Source: Clostridiales bacterium DTU073
GTDB lineage: Bacteria; Bacillota; Peptococcia; DRI-13; DTU073
DNA: 64,000 nt
Assembly: GCA_001512665.1 (NCBI GenBank)
Contig: LFSF01000038.1
Coordinates: 1,859-65,858, forward strand
Reading direction: 5' to 3'
Of the stretch, positions 38,343 through 48,031 are shown in pieces. A model generated the notes under the pieces. The model did not search any database and was not told the origin of the DNA. It saw only the letters and a program-made list of their open reading frames with translations. Position 1 is the first letter of the stretch. Each line of letters starts with the position of its first letter. Both the position numbers and the translations under genes were made by a program.

Positions 38343-41300
38343 ATGAAGGCAAAATGGAAGAAGCTGCTTGATAAATCATCTTTTTCAAGTGAGGTTAGAG
38401 AATTTATCAATTCCTGTGAAATAAAGAAAATTCTTATTTCCCAGGCTGAAAAAGCTTGGGAAATATATTTTTGTTCTCCCCAGGAACCATCAACAGAAAT
38501 AAAGGAGACCTTACAAAATTTTTGGGAAAATACTTTTGGTCAAAGTTATAAAATAGTTTTTCATTTTGAAAATAGTAATAGCAAAATATACTCAAATTTA
38601 AAGGTATTGTGTGCAGAAAAATGGGAAGAAATCATTGGAAAATTAAGTACTAAAATACCTAGTAGTAAAGGATGGTTAGAGGGTGCTAAATATCAAGTCG
38701 AAAAAAATACACTTCAGATTGTTTTAAAACAGAAGCTAGGGTGTGCTTATCTTGTCAAACGTGGAGCGCAATTGTTGCTCCAAGATCTCTTAAGAGATGA
38801 ATATAATTATGAAGCTAAAGTTGAAATAACAAGTGATGAAACGGTAGAAAAAGAAAACCATTGGGCTGATTTAGAGGAATTAGCAAATTTATATCAGGAA
38901 AGATTTCAATATCATCAGAACAAGCAAGAAAATATGGCGGCAAAACCACAAACTCGTATGATTATGGGTAAATCATTTAAAAAGGAAATTGTAGCTCTTA
39001 ACCAAATTCTTGATGAAGAACGGGAAATCACGATAAAAGGGTTACTTTTTAATTTGGAAAAACGAGAGTTAAAAAGTGGCCGAATTTTGCTGAGTTTTTT
39101 TCTGACAGATAAAACCGATTCTCTTGCTTGCAAACTAATTATTAATCCTAAGGAACAAACCGTATCTTGGGAACAAATTCAAGAGAATAAATGGTATTTA
39201 GTTAATGGTAGAGTTGAGCATGATCGATATACGCAGGAATTAACTATGTTTCCACGTGATATGATGGAGACTGAACCGCAAGAACGTGAAGATAATGCAG
39301 AAAGAAAGAGAGTAGAATTACATTTACATACAAAGATGAGTGCTCTTGATAGTGTTGCTGATGTAAAGGATGTAGTAAATAAGGCACATTCGTGGGGCCA
39401 TTCTGCTATTGCAATTACTGATCACGGTGTGGTACAAGCTTTTCCGGATGCTTATGCTGCGGCTAAAGGTAAGGGTATTAAAATTATTTATGGTGTAGAA
39501 GGTTATTTATTTGATGATTCCGTCACAAATGATGGAGGAAAAGCACCAACATATCACGTGATAATTTTAGCTAGAAATCAGCAAGGGTTAGCTAATTTGT
39601 ACAGGTTAGTAACTATCTCCCACCTGCAGCACTTTTATCGTGTGCCGCGTATTCCTAAAAGTGAGTTAATCAGATTACGGGAAGGACTTTTGGTAGGTTC
39701 TGCCTGTGAAGCCGGAGAAGTATTCAGAGCTTTATTAAACGGAGCATCTCAGGACAAGCTTAAAGAAATAGCCAATTTTTATGATTATTTAGAAATACAG
39801 CCTCTGGGGAACAACCGTTTTATGCTTGAGAATGGTACGTTTACTTCGGAAGATGACCTAATTCGTTTAAATAAAATTATTTATGATTTAGGTAAAGATT
39901 TAAATAAAGCTGTAGTAGCTACTTGTGATGTTCATTTTTTAGAACCGGAAGATGAAGTTTTTCGCAGAATTCTCATGACGGGTAAGGGTTTTGAAGATGC
40001 GGATAAACAAGCACCACTTTATTTTCGGACTACAGAAGAGATGTTGCAGGAGTTTGCTTATTTAGGTAATAAAGAAGCCGAAGAAGTAGTAATCGCTAAC
40101 CCCTTAAAGATTGCTTCACTTATTGGTGAATTAAAACCTATTCCTGATGAATTATATCCACCAAATATTCCGGGTGCTGATGAAGAAATTATCCGGTTAA
40201 CTAAAGAAAGAGCAGAAGAATTATATGGTCCTTCTCCGCCTGAACTGATTGAACAGAGAATTGCAAAAGAGCTTAATTCGATTATTAATAACGGATTTGC
40301 TGTATTATATTGGATTGCCCATAAATTAGTAAAAAAATCTAATGAAGACGGTTATCTTGTTGGTTCGAGAGGTTCTGTCGGTTCGTCCTTTGTGGCATAT
40401 CTTTGCGGGATAACTGAGGTTAATCCCTTACCACCACATTATCGGTGTCCAACATGTAAAGAGGTTAATTTTGCAGATAAGGACAGTATTCAAGGGTCAG
40501 GAGCAGATTTGATTGATAAAAATTGTCCTCTTTGTGGTATAAAATTAATCAAAGATGGGCATAATATACCTTTTGAAGTTTTTTTAGGTTTTAAAGGTGA
40601 TAAAGTACCTGATATTGATTTGAACTTTTCAGGAGATTATCAGCCGCGAGCGCATAAATATACGGAAAAACTTTTTGGAAAAGATAATGTTTTTCGTGCT
40701 GGAACTATCGCTACGGTAGCCAGTAAAACAGCATATGGGTTTGTCAAGAATTATTTCGAAGAAAAAAATCAATATAAGCGTCAGGCAGAATTAACAAGGC
40801 TTATTAATGGTTGTACCGGGGTAAAAAGAACAACAGGACAACATCCAGGAGGTATAATGGTTTTACCTAAAGGATTAGATATTCATTTATTTACACCCTT
40901 ACAGAGACCTGCCGATGACGTTCGTTCTGAAATAATCACGACTCATTTTGATTATCATTCCATTTCCAGTAGATTGGTTAAATTAGATATTCTAGGTCAT
41001 GATGATCCCACGATAATTAAGATGTTGGAAGATTGGACAGGTGTAGATAGTAGAAAAATCCCCTTAGATGAACCTAAAGTATTATCTTTGTTTACGGGTA
41101 TTGAGGCTTTGGGAATTAAGCAGGAAGATTTTGATGTTAATGTAGGCACTTTAGGTATACCGGAATTTGGAACCAAATTTGTTCGTCAAATGTTGGAAGA
41201 TACTAAACCACAAACCTTTTCTGATTTGGTGCGAATTAGTGGTTTTTCACATGGTACTGATGTATGGCTGAATAATGCCCAGACTTTGATTAAATCAGGG

Positions 41301-42038
41301 ACTGCAAAAATTAATGAAGTTATTTCTGCACGTGATGATATTATGAACTATTTACTGCATAAAGGTTTAGAACCGGGTATGGCTTTTAAAATAATGGAAG
41401 ATGTACGTAAGGGGAAAGGTGTTAAGGCTGATTATGTACAGGCGATGAAAGAGAATGGTGTTCCTGATTGGTATATTGATTCTTGTCAAAAGATCAAATA
41501 TATGTTTCCTAAGGCCCATGCCGTTGCTTATGTGATGATGGCTTTCCGTATTGCCTATTTTAAAGTGTATTATCCGGCGGCTTTTTATGCCAGTTATTTT
41601 ACCGTTCATGCCCATGAAGTTGACGCAGATTTGCTTGTTAGTGGTATTTCCGGAATTAAAGCCAAGATGAAAGAAATTAAGGAAAAGGGTAATGATACTT
41701 CTGCAAAAGAAGAAAAAATGTATAGCCTTTTGGAAGTGGCTTTAGAAATGTATTTACGTGACCTTCGTTTTGAAAGAGTAAATTTACAGCGTTCTGATGC
41801 CGTAAAATTTTTAATCGAAGGGCAGAATAATTCCTTATTATGCCCGTTTATATCTATAGAAGGTTTGGGGAAAACGGCCGCGTTAAACATCATCCGTATG
41901 AGAAAGAAAAAAGCTTTTTCTTCCCAAGAGGATTTGCGTAACAGGTGTAAACTTAGTAAAACGATCTTAGAAATGTTAGAACAACATGGGGCGCTGGAAG
42001 GTTTACCGGAAAATGACCAACTGAGTCTATTTTTATAA
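38343..42038 (+). CDS. polC: DNA polymerase III PolC-type alpha subunit, variant lacking the internal 3'-5' exonuclease domain
   Basis: PHP start RVELHLHT, zinc module HYRCPTC..CPLCG, and GSRGSVGSSF, KVPDIDLNFSG and GQHPGGI polymerase motifs. Only 1231 aa, with no DEDDh segment between IIYGVEG and YHVIILARN. Confidence 0.93.
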   Translation: MKAKWKKLLDKSSFSSEVREFINSCEIKKILISQAEKAWEIYFCSPQEPSTEIKETLQNFWENTFGQSYKIVFHFENSNSKIYSNLKVLCAEKWEEIIGKLSTKIPSSKGWLEGAKYQVEKNTLQIVLKQKLGCAYLVKRGAQLLLQDLLRDEYNYEAKVEITSDETVEKENHWADLEELANLYQERFQYHQNKQENMAAKPQTRMIMGKSFKKEIVALNQILDEEREITIKGLLFNLEKRELKSGRILLSFFLTDKTDSLACKLIINPKEQTVSWEQIQENKWYLVNGRVEHDRYTQELTMFPRDMMETEPQEREDNAERKRVELHLHTKMSALDSVADVKDVVNKAHSWGHSAIAITDHGVVQAFPDAYAAAKGKGIKIIYGVEGYLFDDSVTNDGGKAPTYHVIILARNQQGLANLYRLVTISHLQHFYRVPRIPKSELIRLREGLLVGSACEAGEVFRALLNGASQDKLKEIANFYDYLEIQPLGNNRFMLENGTFTSEDDLIRLNKIIYDLGKDLNKAVVATCDVHFLEPEDEVFRRILMTGKGFEDADKQAPLYFRTTEEMLQEFAYLGNKEAEEVVIANPLKIASLIGELKPIPDELYPPNIPGADEEIIRLTKERAEELYGPSPPELIEQRIAKELNSIINNGFAVLYWIAHKLVKKSNEDGYLVGSRGSVGSSFVAYLCGITEVNPLPPHYRCPTCKEVNFADKDSIQGSGADLIDKNCPLCGIKLIKDGHNIPFEVFLGFKGDKVPDIDLNFSGDYQPRAHKYTEKLFGKDNVFRAGTIATVASKTAYGFVKNYFEEKNQYKRQAELTRLINGCTGVKRTTGQHPGGIMVLPKGLDIHLFTPLQRPADDVRSEIITTHFDYHSISSRLVKLDILGHDDPTIIKMLEDWTGVDSRKIPLDEPKVLSLFTGIEALGIKQEDFDVNVGTLGIPEFGTKFVRQMLEDTKPQTFSDLVRISGFSHGTDVWLNNAQTLIKSGTAKINEVISARDDIMNYLLHKGLEPGMAFKIMEDVRKGKGVKADYVQAMKENGVPDWYIDSCQKIKYMFPKAHAVAYVMMAFRIAYFKVYYPAAFYASYFTVHAHEVDADLLVSGISGIKAKMKEIKEKGNDTSAKEEKMYSLLEVALEMYLRDLRFERVNLQRSDAVKFLIEGQNNSLLCPFISIEGLGKTAALNIIRMRKKKAFSSQEDLRNRCKLSKTILEMLEQHGALEGLPENDQLSLFL

Positions 42039-42061
42039 AATAATTCCTTTTTGTGATAAAC

Positions 42062-42091
42062 TTGCCTAAACTATAAACAATATGGTATACT
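42062..42091 (+). promoter_or_regulatory. SigA-type promoter of the rimP-nusA-infB operon (extended -10)
   Basis: TTGCCT (42062-67), 18-nt spacer, TGgTATACT (-10 at 42086-91). Confidence 0.65.
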
Positions 42092-42134
42092 AAAAAAAAG
42101 GTAAGGCAAGAGAAGGAAGAATGTTTAGCAGCGT

Positions 42135-42168
42135 AAGAGTGGGCGACACCCACTCTTTGTCACTTTTC
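42135..42168 (+). promoter_or_regulatory. Leader hairpin with interrupted T-tract upstream of rimP (candidate attenuator)
   Basis: AAGAGTGGG-CGACA-CCCACTCTT (9-bp stem) followed by TGTCACTTTTC. Lies about 45 nt upstream of the rimP TTG start. Confidence 0.55.
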
Positions 42169-42211
42169 ATGAACCAGAGTCTTAAAACTTGCTAACAGGA
42201 GGGGGTTTTTA

Positions 42212-42676
42212 TTGCCAAAGGTAAATATCTGTGATTTTGTTACTAAATTAGCCGAACCGGTTGTTGTACAAAATGGTATGGAATTAGTAGATGTGGAATT
42301 TGTTAAGGAAGGTGCTAATCATTATTTACGTTTGTTTATTGACAAGGATGGGGGAGTTGATTTGGATGATTGTGAGAAAATCAGCCGTATAGTTTCGGAT
42401 CTTTTAGATCAGGAAGATCCTATTGATAAAGCATATTTTTTGGAAGTTTCCTCACCTGGATTAGATCGTCCTTTAAAAAAAGTTAAAGATTTTCAAAAAT
42501 ATGAAGGACATCAAGTAATAGTCAAGACTTTTTCTGCCTTTGAGGGAAGAAAGAAGCATCGAGGGAAATTAGGTCAGTATAATGAGTCTAATTTGCATTT
42601 ATTAGTAGAGGACGATAAAGAAATAATGATACCTTGGGAAATGGTATCTCAAGTAAAACTTGATTGGGAAGAATAG
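42212..42676 (+). CDS. rimP: Ribosome maturation factor RimP (TTG start)
   Basis: LVDVEFVKEGANHYLRLFIDKDGGVDLDDCEKISR and LEVSSPGLDRPL motifs. Confidence 0.95.
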   Translation: MPKVNICDFVTKLAEPVVVQNGMELVDVEFVKEGANHYLRLFIDKDGGVDLDDCEKISRIVSDLLDQEDPIDKAYFLEVSSPGLDRPLKKVKDFQKYEGHQVIVKTFSAFEGRKKHRGKLGQYNESNLHLLVEDDKEIMIPWEMVSQVKLDWEE

Positions 42677-42694
42677 GGAAGGAGAAAGGTTTAA

Positions 42695-43786
42695 ATGAAT
42701 CTGGAGCTGATTCAAGCACTTCACGATTTGGAAAAAGAGAAAGGTATTAATTTTGATGTTTTGGTTGAAGCCATTGAAGCTGCTTTAATTTCTGCGTATA
42801 AAAAGAATTTTGGTACCTTACAAAATGTACGGGTGGCCTTTAACAAAGAGACCGGAGAAATTAACGTTTTTTCTCGGAAAACAATAGTAGAAAAGGTTAA
42901 TGATCCGAGACTGGAAATATCTTTAGATGAAGCGAGGAGATTGGATCCTCGTTATGAATTAAATGATATTGTTGAATTTGAAGAAACCCCGCAAAATTTC
43001 GGTCGTATCGCTGCTCAAACAGCTAAACAAGTTGTCGTGCAGCGTATCCGTGAGGCCGAACGTGATTTGATCTATGATGAATTCACTAATCGTGAAGGTG
43101 ATATAGTTACTGGAATTATCCAACGTGTGGAAAATAGAGCGATTTTAATTGATTTTGGTAAAACGGAAGCAGTTTTAAGTTTAAATGAACAGATTCTTGG
43201 TGAGCAATATGTGCAGGGAGCTAGAATAAAAACATATATTATTGAAGTAAAGAAAACGACCAAGGGTCCACAAATTCTTGTATCCAGAACACATCCTGGG
43301 TTATTAAAACGCCTTTTTGAGTTGGAAGTTCCGGAAATACATGATGGTATTGTGGAAATTAAATCGGTATCCAGAGAAGCCGGTTCACGTTCAAAAATTG
43401 CAGTTCATTCTAAGAATGAAAATGTTGATCCGGTTGGTTCATGTGTGGGTCCGAAAGGGATGCGTGTACAAAATATTGTGCAAGAATTAAAGGGTGAAAA
43501 AATAGATATAGTTAAATGGAGTTCGGATCCGACTGAATTTATAGCCAATGCTCTTAGTCCGGCTAAAGTCCTTTCGGTAGATATTTTACCGACAGAAAAA
43601 GTTGCCCGGGTAGTTGTGCCTGATTATCAGCTTTCTTTAGCCATAGGGAAAGAGGGACAGAATGCTAGGTTAGCGGCAAAATTAACGGGATGGAAAATTG
43701 ATATTAAGAGTGAATCACAATTAGAAACTGGTGTTGAAGATCTTGAGGAAGATCATTTAGCTGAACAAAATCAAGAAGAAGAATAG
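42695..43786 (+). CDS. nusA: Transcription termination/antitermination factor NusA
   Basis: N-terminal domain, S1 domain and two KH domains (GPKGMRVQNIVQEL; LAIGKEGQNARLAAKLTGWKIDI). Confidence 0.97.
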   Translation: MNLELIQALHDLEKEKGINFDVLVEAIEAALISAYKKNFGTLQNVRVAFNKETGEINVFSRKTIVEKVNDPRLEISLDEARRLDPRYELNDIVEFEETPQNFGRIAAQTAKQVVVQRIREAERDLIYDEFTNREGDIVTGIIQRVENRAILIDFGKTEAVLSLNEQILGEQYVQGARIKTYIIEVKKTTKGPQILVSRTHPGLLKRLFELEVPEIHDGIVEIKSVSREAGSRSKIAVHSKNENVDPVGSCVGPKGMRVQNIVQELKGEKIDIVKWSSDPTEFIANALSPAKVLSVDILPTEKVARVVVPDYQLSLAIGKEGQNARLAAKLTGWKIDIKSESQLETGVEDLEEDHLAEQNQEEE

Positions 43787-43806
43787 GGATAAGAGGTGGG
43801 CTTTTT

Positions 43807-44088
43807 ATGAAGCAGAGAAAAATTCCTCAAAGAATGTGTGTAGGGTGTATGGAAATGAAACCTAAAAAGGAATTGATTCGTCTTGTCCGTACCCCAGATG
43901 GAGAAGTTCTCCTTGATGCAACAGGGAAAAAACCCGGTCGAGGAGTTTATCTTTGTGTGAATAAAGAGTGTTTGGCTAAAGCTTTAAAAGGTAAGAAGTT
44001 AGAAAAAGGACTTAACCAGTCTCTTTCAGAGGAATTACTTTTGCGTCTTAAGGTAGGACTAGGGTATGAAGATTCCGCAAAAGATTAA
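43807..44088 (+). CDS. ylxR: YlxR/RnpM family RNA-binding protein (DUF448)
   Basis: IPQRMCVGC...GRGVYLC motif, 93 aa, directly after nusA. Confidence 0.9.
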   Translation: MKQRKIPQRMCVGCMEMKPKKELIRLVRTPDGEVLLDATGKKPGRGVYLCVNKECLAKALKGKKLEKGLNQSLSEELLLRLKVGLGYEDSAKD

Positions 44089-44383
44089 GGCTTTATTTGG
44101 ATTTGCTCAAAAAAGCAAACAATTATTTTCCGGTGATACAGCTGTAAAAAATTGTATCAAAACAAATAAAGCTCAATTGATTTTAATTGCCATTGATTTT
44201 CCGGAAAAAAGAAAAGGTTATTTCATTAAATGGTGTACGGAAAAAAATATTGCTTATATTCTATGGGGTACTAAAGAAGGATATGGCGAATTATTAGGGA
44301 CAGCTCCGCGATGTCTTATTGCGATTACGGATAAACAAATGGCTGAAGAAATTTATAGAATTATTTCTGAAGAGAGTTGTTAG
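44066..44383 (+). CDS. ylxQ: L7Ae-family RNA-binding protein YlxQ
   Basis: 105 aa between ylxR and infB. LGFAQKSKQLFSGDTAVKNCIKTNKAQLILIA resembles the L7Ae/L30e fold. Confidence 0.8.
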   Translation: MKIPQKIKALFGFAQKSKQLFSGDTAVKNCIKTNKAQLILIAIDFPEKRKGYFIKWCTEKNIAYILWGTKEGYGELLGTAPRCLIAITDKQMAEEIYRIISEESC

Positions 44384-44407
44384 AGCGCAAAATCATATGG
44401 AGGTGAT

Positions 44408-46660
44408 TTGATGGCCACAAAACGTGTCTATGAATTAGCAAAAGATATGAACATGTCTAGTAAGGATCTTTTGGCAAAGTTAAAGGAATTAGGGCTTGAT
44501 GTTAAAAATCACATGAGTACTATTCCTAGTGCGGAAGTAGAGAGAATCAAAAAAATGGTTTTTAAACTGGATCAAAAAGAATCAGTTTCGGAACCAAAAA
44601 AGCAGACAGTTCCCTCAACCAATACGATTTCGTCAAATAAGCAAGTAAAACAGAACCAGAAGAACGTGGAAAGCAAGCATAAGTCTACTGTGCAAGACAA
44701 TAAAAGTATTAATGATAAAAAGCCCACACCAAAATTTAGTCAAGATGATCAGTTATATGAACGTGGTGGTAAACAGAAAATTAGGAAAAGCAACCGTTTT
44801 GAAGATAAAAAATTTGAGGATAAAAAACAGGATTTTAAAAAAGGCTCTCGTTTTAATAAAAATAAAAAGCGTAAACAAGTTAATAAAAAGGAAGTCGCTC
44901 CTGTTATTGTAAAACAGATTACTTTGGAAGGTCCTGTAACTGTTCAGGAGTTTGCTCGTTTATTGAATAAAAAGTCTGGAGAAGTAATCAAACAGTTGAT
45001 TTCCATGGGGGTCATGGCTACTATTAATCAAGAAATTGATGTGGACACTTTAATTTTATTAGGTAGTGAATTTGGAACAACGGTAGAATTGAAAGCGACT
45101 AAAGAAGAACAATTCTTAGCCCAAAATATTGATAGACCTGAGGATTTAAAAGAACGGCCACCGGTTGTCACGATTATGGGACATGTTGACCATGGAAAAA
45201 CTTCGCTTTTAGATATTATCAGGCATACAAGTGTTACCTCAACAGAAGCCGGTGGGATTACACAGCATATAGGTGCATATCAGGTTGAGGTAAAAGGTAA
45301 AAAAATAACATTTTTAGATACTCCCGGTCATGAAGCATTTACGGCAATGCGCGCCAGAGGAGCACAGGTGACTGATATTGTTGTTTTGGTTGTCGCTGCT
45401 GATGATGGAGTTATGCCTCAAACGATAGAAGCGATTAATCATGCTCAAGCAGCAGAGATTCCTATTATTGTGACCATAAATAAAATTGATAAGGAAGAGG
45501 CTAATCCCGAAAGGATCAAACAGGATTTAACTGAATATAATCTGGTCCCGGAAGAATGGGGTGGCGATACAATTTTCTGTAATGTATCAGCTAAAACCAA
45601 AGAAGGTTTGGGCAATCTTTTAGAAATGATTTTATTACTAGCTGAGGTTTCTGATTTAAAGGCTAATCCAAATAAAAAAGCTAATGGCTCAATTATTGAA
45701 GCTAAACTTGATAAAGGAAGAGGTCCGGTTGCAACAGTTTTGGTGCAAAATGGTACTTTAAATGTTGGTGATTATATTATTGCAGGTACTGCACATGGCA
45801 GAATCAGAGCAATGCAAGATGATAGGGGGCGTACATTAACTAAAGCTTTACCCTCAACACCGGTAGAGATTATTGGCTTGTCCGCTGTTCCTCAAGCAGG
45901 GGATAGCTTTAATGCTATTGAGGATGAGCATCTTGCTAAAGAGATTATCAGTGAACGTACAGTTCAGGTTCGTGAAAAAACAATGCAAGCACAAGCTCAT
46001 ATTTCCCTTGATGATCTCTTTAATCAAATTAAAAAAGGAGAAATTAAAGACCTAAATATTATTATCAAAGCTGATGTTCAGGGCTCTATAGAAGCAATCA
46101 AACAATCATTAGAAAAATTATCTAATGAAGAGGTTAGAGTAAACATTATTCATCAAGGGGTAGGTGGAATTACAGAGACCGATGTCATGCTTGCTTCTGC
46201 CTCCAATGCGATTATTATTGGTTTTAATGTCAGACCTGATGCTAATGCCCGTAAAGCAGCGGATAGTCAGCAAATTGATATCAGACTTTATCGGGTGATT
46301 TATGATGCCATTGAAGATATCAAATCGGCAATGAGTGGTCTTTTAAAACCTGAGATTAGAGAAGTTATTGAAGGTCGTGGGGAAGTCAGAGCTGTTATTA
46401 AGGTTCCTAAGGTCGGATTTGTTGCTGGTTGTTATATAACGGAAGGAAAAGTTGTTAGAAGTAATCAGATCAGAGTGATTCGTGACGGGATTGTTATTCA
46501 CGAAGGAAAAATCTCCTCTTTACGTAGATTTAAAGATGATGTAAAAGAGGTTAACAGTGGTTTCGAATGTGGTTTATCCTTGGAAAATTTCCATGATTTT
46601 CGTGAAGGCGATCAATTTGAAGCATTTACTCAGGAGGAAATTAAGAGAGAAATTTCCTAG
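44408..46660 (+). CDS. infB: Translation initiation factor IF-2 (ATG 44411 likely)
   Basis: K-rich N-terminal region. G domain [20 protein letters not shown] and NKID. Confidence 0.98.
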   Translation: MMATKRVYELAKDMNMSSKDLLAKLKELGLDVKNHMSTIPSAEVERIKKMVFKLDQKESVSEPKKQTVPSTNTISSNKQVKQNQKNVESKHKSTVQDNKSINDKKPTPKFSQDDQLYERGGKQKIRKSNRFEDKKFEDKKQDFKKGSRFNKNKKRKQVNKKEVAPVIVKQITLEGPVTVQEFARLLNKKSGEVIKQLISMGVMATINQEIDVDTLILLGSEFGTTVELKATKEEQFLAQNIDRPEDLKERPPVVTIMGHVDHGKTSLLDIIRHTSVTSTEAGGITQHIGAYQVEVKGKKITFLDTPGHEAFTAMRARGAQVTDIVVLVVAADDGVMPQTIEAINHAQAAEIPIIVTINKIDKEEANPERIKQDLTEYNLVPEEWGGDTIFCNVSAKTKEGLGNLLEMILLLAEVSDLKANPNKKANGSIIEAKLDKGRGPVATVLVQNGTLNVGDYIIAGTAHGRIRAMQDDRGRTLTKALPSTPVEIIGLSAVPQAGDSFNAIEDEHLAKEIISERTVQVREKTMQAQAHISLDDLFNQIKKGEIKDLNIIIKADVQGSIEAIKQSLEKLSNEEVRVNIIHQGVGGITETDVMLASASNAIIIGFNVRPDANARKAADSQQIDIRLYRVIYDAIEDIKSAMSGLLKPEIREVIEGRGEVRAVIKVPKVGFVAGCYITEGKVVRSNQIRVIRDGIVIHEGKISSLRRFKDDVKEVNSGFECGLSLENFHDFREGDQFEAFTQEEIKREIS

Positions 46661-46666
46661 GAGGGT

Positions 46667-47032
46667 TTGTTAATGTCTAATCTGCGTAATAGTAGAATTG
46701 CAGAAGAAATCAAAAGAGAACTGTCTCGGATGATTCGTGAAGAGATGAACGATCCAAGGGTTAAAGGTCTCATTAGCGTTACCCATGTTGATGTTACTAA
46801 TGATTTAAGATATGCGAAGGTTTATGTGAGTATTATGGCTAATCCAGAGGAACAGGCGATGAATATGCAGGTATTAGAAAAGGCGCGCGGGTATTTTAGA
46901 AGTGAGTTAGCTAAAATATTAACAACAAGGATTACCCCGGAATTAATCTTTAAACAGGATGTTTCTTTGGAGTATGGTGCCAAAATCGAGCGAATTTTAG
47001 AGGATATAAATAAGGATAAAGGGGAAGAATAA
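46667..47032 (+). CDS. rbfA: Ribosome-binding factor A (ATG 46673 likely)
   Basis: RIAEEIKRELSRMI..DPRV..ISVTHVDVTNDLRYAKVYVS is typical of RbfA. Confidence 0.95.
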   Translation: MLMSNLRNSRIAEEIKRELSRMIREEMNDPRVKGLISVTHVDVTNDLRYAKVYVSIMANPEEQAMNMQVLEKARGYFRSELAKILTTRITPELIFKQDVSLEYGAKIERILEDINKDKGEE

Positions 47033-48031
47033 ATGTCCACTTGGCAGAAAATAAAAGCTTATATCGAAGGATATAAGGATGTAATCCTACTTATTCATGA
47101 AAAACCGGATGGTGATTGTTTGGGTTCAGCTTTGGCCTTAGGACATCATTTAATTAGTGAAGGATATCAACCGTTTCTCTATCATCCGGAGCAGATACCT
47201 GCGATTTATGATTTTTTACCTGGGCAAGAGATGATTAAGTATTATCAAGAGAAGGATTTACCTGAAGGTATACCCATTATTGCAGTTGATTGTGCTGATT
47301 CGGGTAGAATTTTATATAATTTATCTAATGGTGCGCCGATTATCAATATTGATCATCATAGCAGTAATAATTTTTTTGGTGATTATAATTTGATTGATGC
47401 AAAAGCAGCTGCTACCGGAGAAATTATCTATGAGCTTTTATCAGAAGCTGAAAATAAAATATCTGTCCCGACAGCCACATGCTTATATGTGGCTATTTCG
47501 GCAGATACCGGTTCGTTTAGATATAGTAATACTACCGCAAAGACGTTTAAAATTGCCGGGGAATTATTGAATTTAGGAGCCAGAATTGATTACATTCGTG
47601 AAAATCTCTTTGATCGACATCCTTTATCCGAATTGATTACCATTAAACTTGCTTTGGCTAATATGCAGTTTTCTTTGGATGGCAAACTGGCTTGGAGTAT
47701 TTTGTCATATGAAGAATTATTAGCTAATAATTTATTAGATGTGGATACGGAAAGTGTGATTAGTTTACTTCGTTCAGTAGAGGGAGTAGAGGCAGCGTTA
47801 GTTTTTAAGGAATTAGAACCGTCCAAAATAAAGATTAGTTTTCGTTCAAAGAAATATTTAGACGTAAATTTATTGGCTAATGAGTTTGGTGGGGGTGGAC
47901 ATGCCCGTGCTGCGGGATGTTCATTGGAGGGTAATTTAAAAGAAATATCTAAGATGGTTTTAAATAGAGCCGAAAGCTGTCTCCGGGAGTATATAGCAGA
48001 AAGTGGTGATTTCTCTGGACGGCGTACTTAA
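47033..48031 (+). CDS. nrnA: DHH/DHHA1 phosphoesterase (NrnA-like nanoRNase/pAp phosphatase)
   Basis: HEKPDGDCLGS, IDHHSSN and GGGHARAAG motifs. Confidence 0.88.
   Translation: MSTWQKIKAYIEGYKDVILLIHEKPDGDCLGSALALGHHLISEGYQPFLYHPEQIPAIYDFLPGQEMIKYYQEKDLPEGIPIIAVDCADSGRILYNLSNGAPIINIDHHSSNNFFGDYNLIDAKAAATGEIIYELLSEAENKISVPTATCLYVAISADTGSFRYSNTTAKTFKIAGELLNLGARIDYIRENLFDRHPLSELITIKLALANMQFSLDGKLAWSILSYEELLANNLLDVDTESVISLLRSVEGVEAALVFKELEPSKIKISFRSKKYLDVNLLANEFGGGGHARAAGCSLEGNLKEISKMVLNRAESCLREYIAESGDFSGRRT

Noticed and set aside
44712-46055. Small + strand ORFs inside infB (44712-44912 and 45873-46055)
   Set aside because: They are out of frame inside confidently identified genes, have lysine-rich low-complexity translations and no start-site signals. 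The same applies to similar nested ORFs inside frr and uppS (28970-29185 and 29776-29985).
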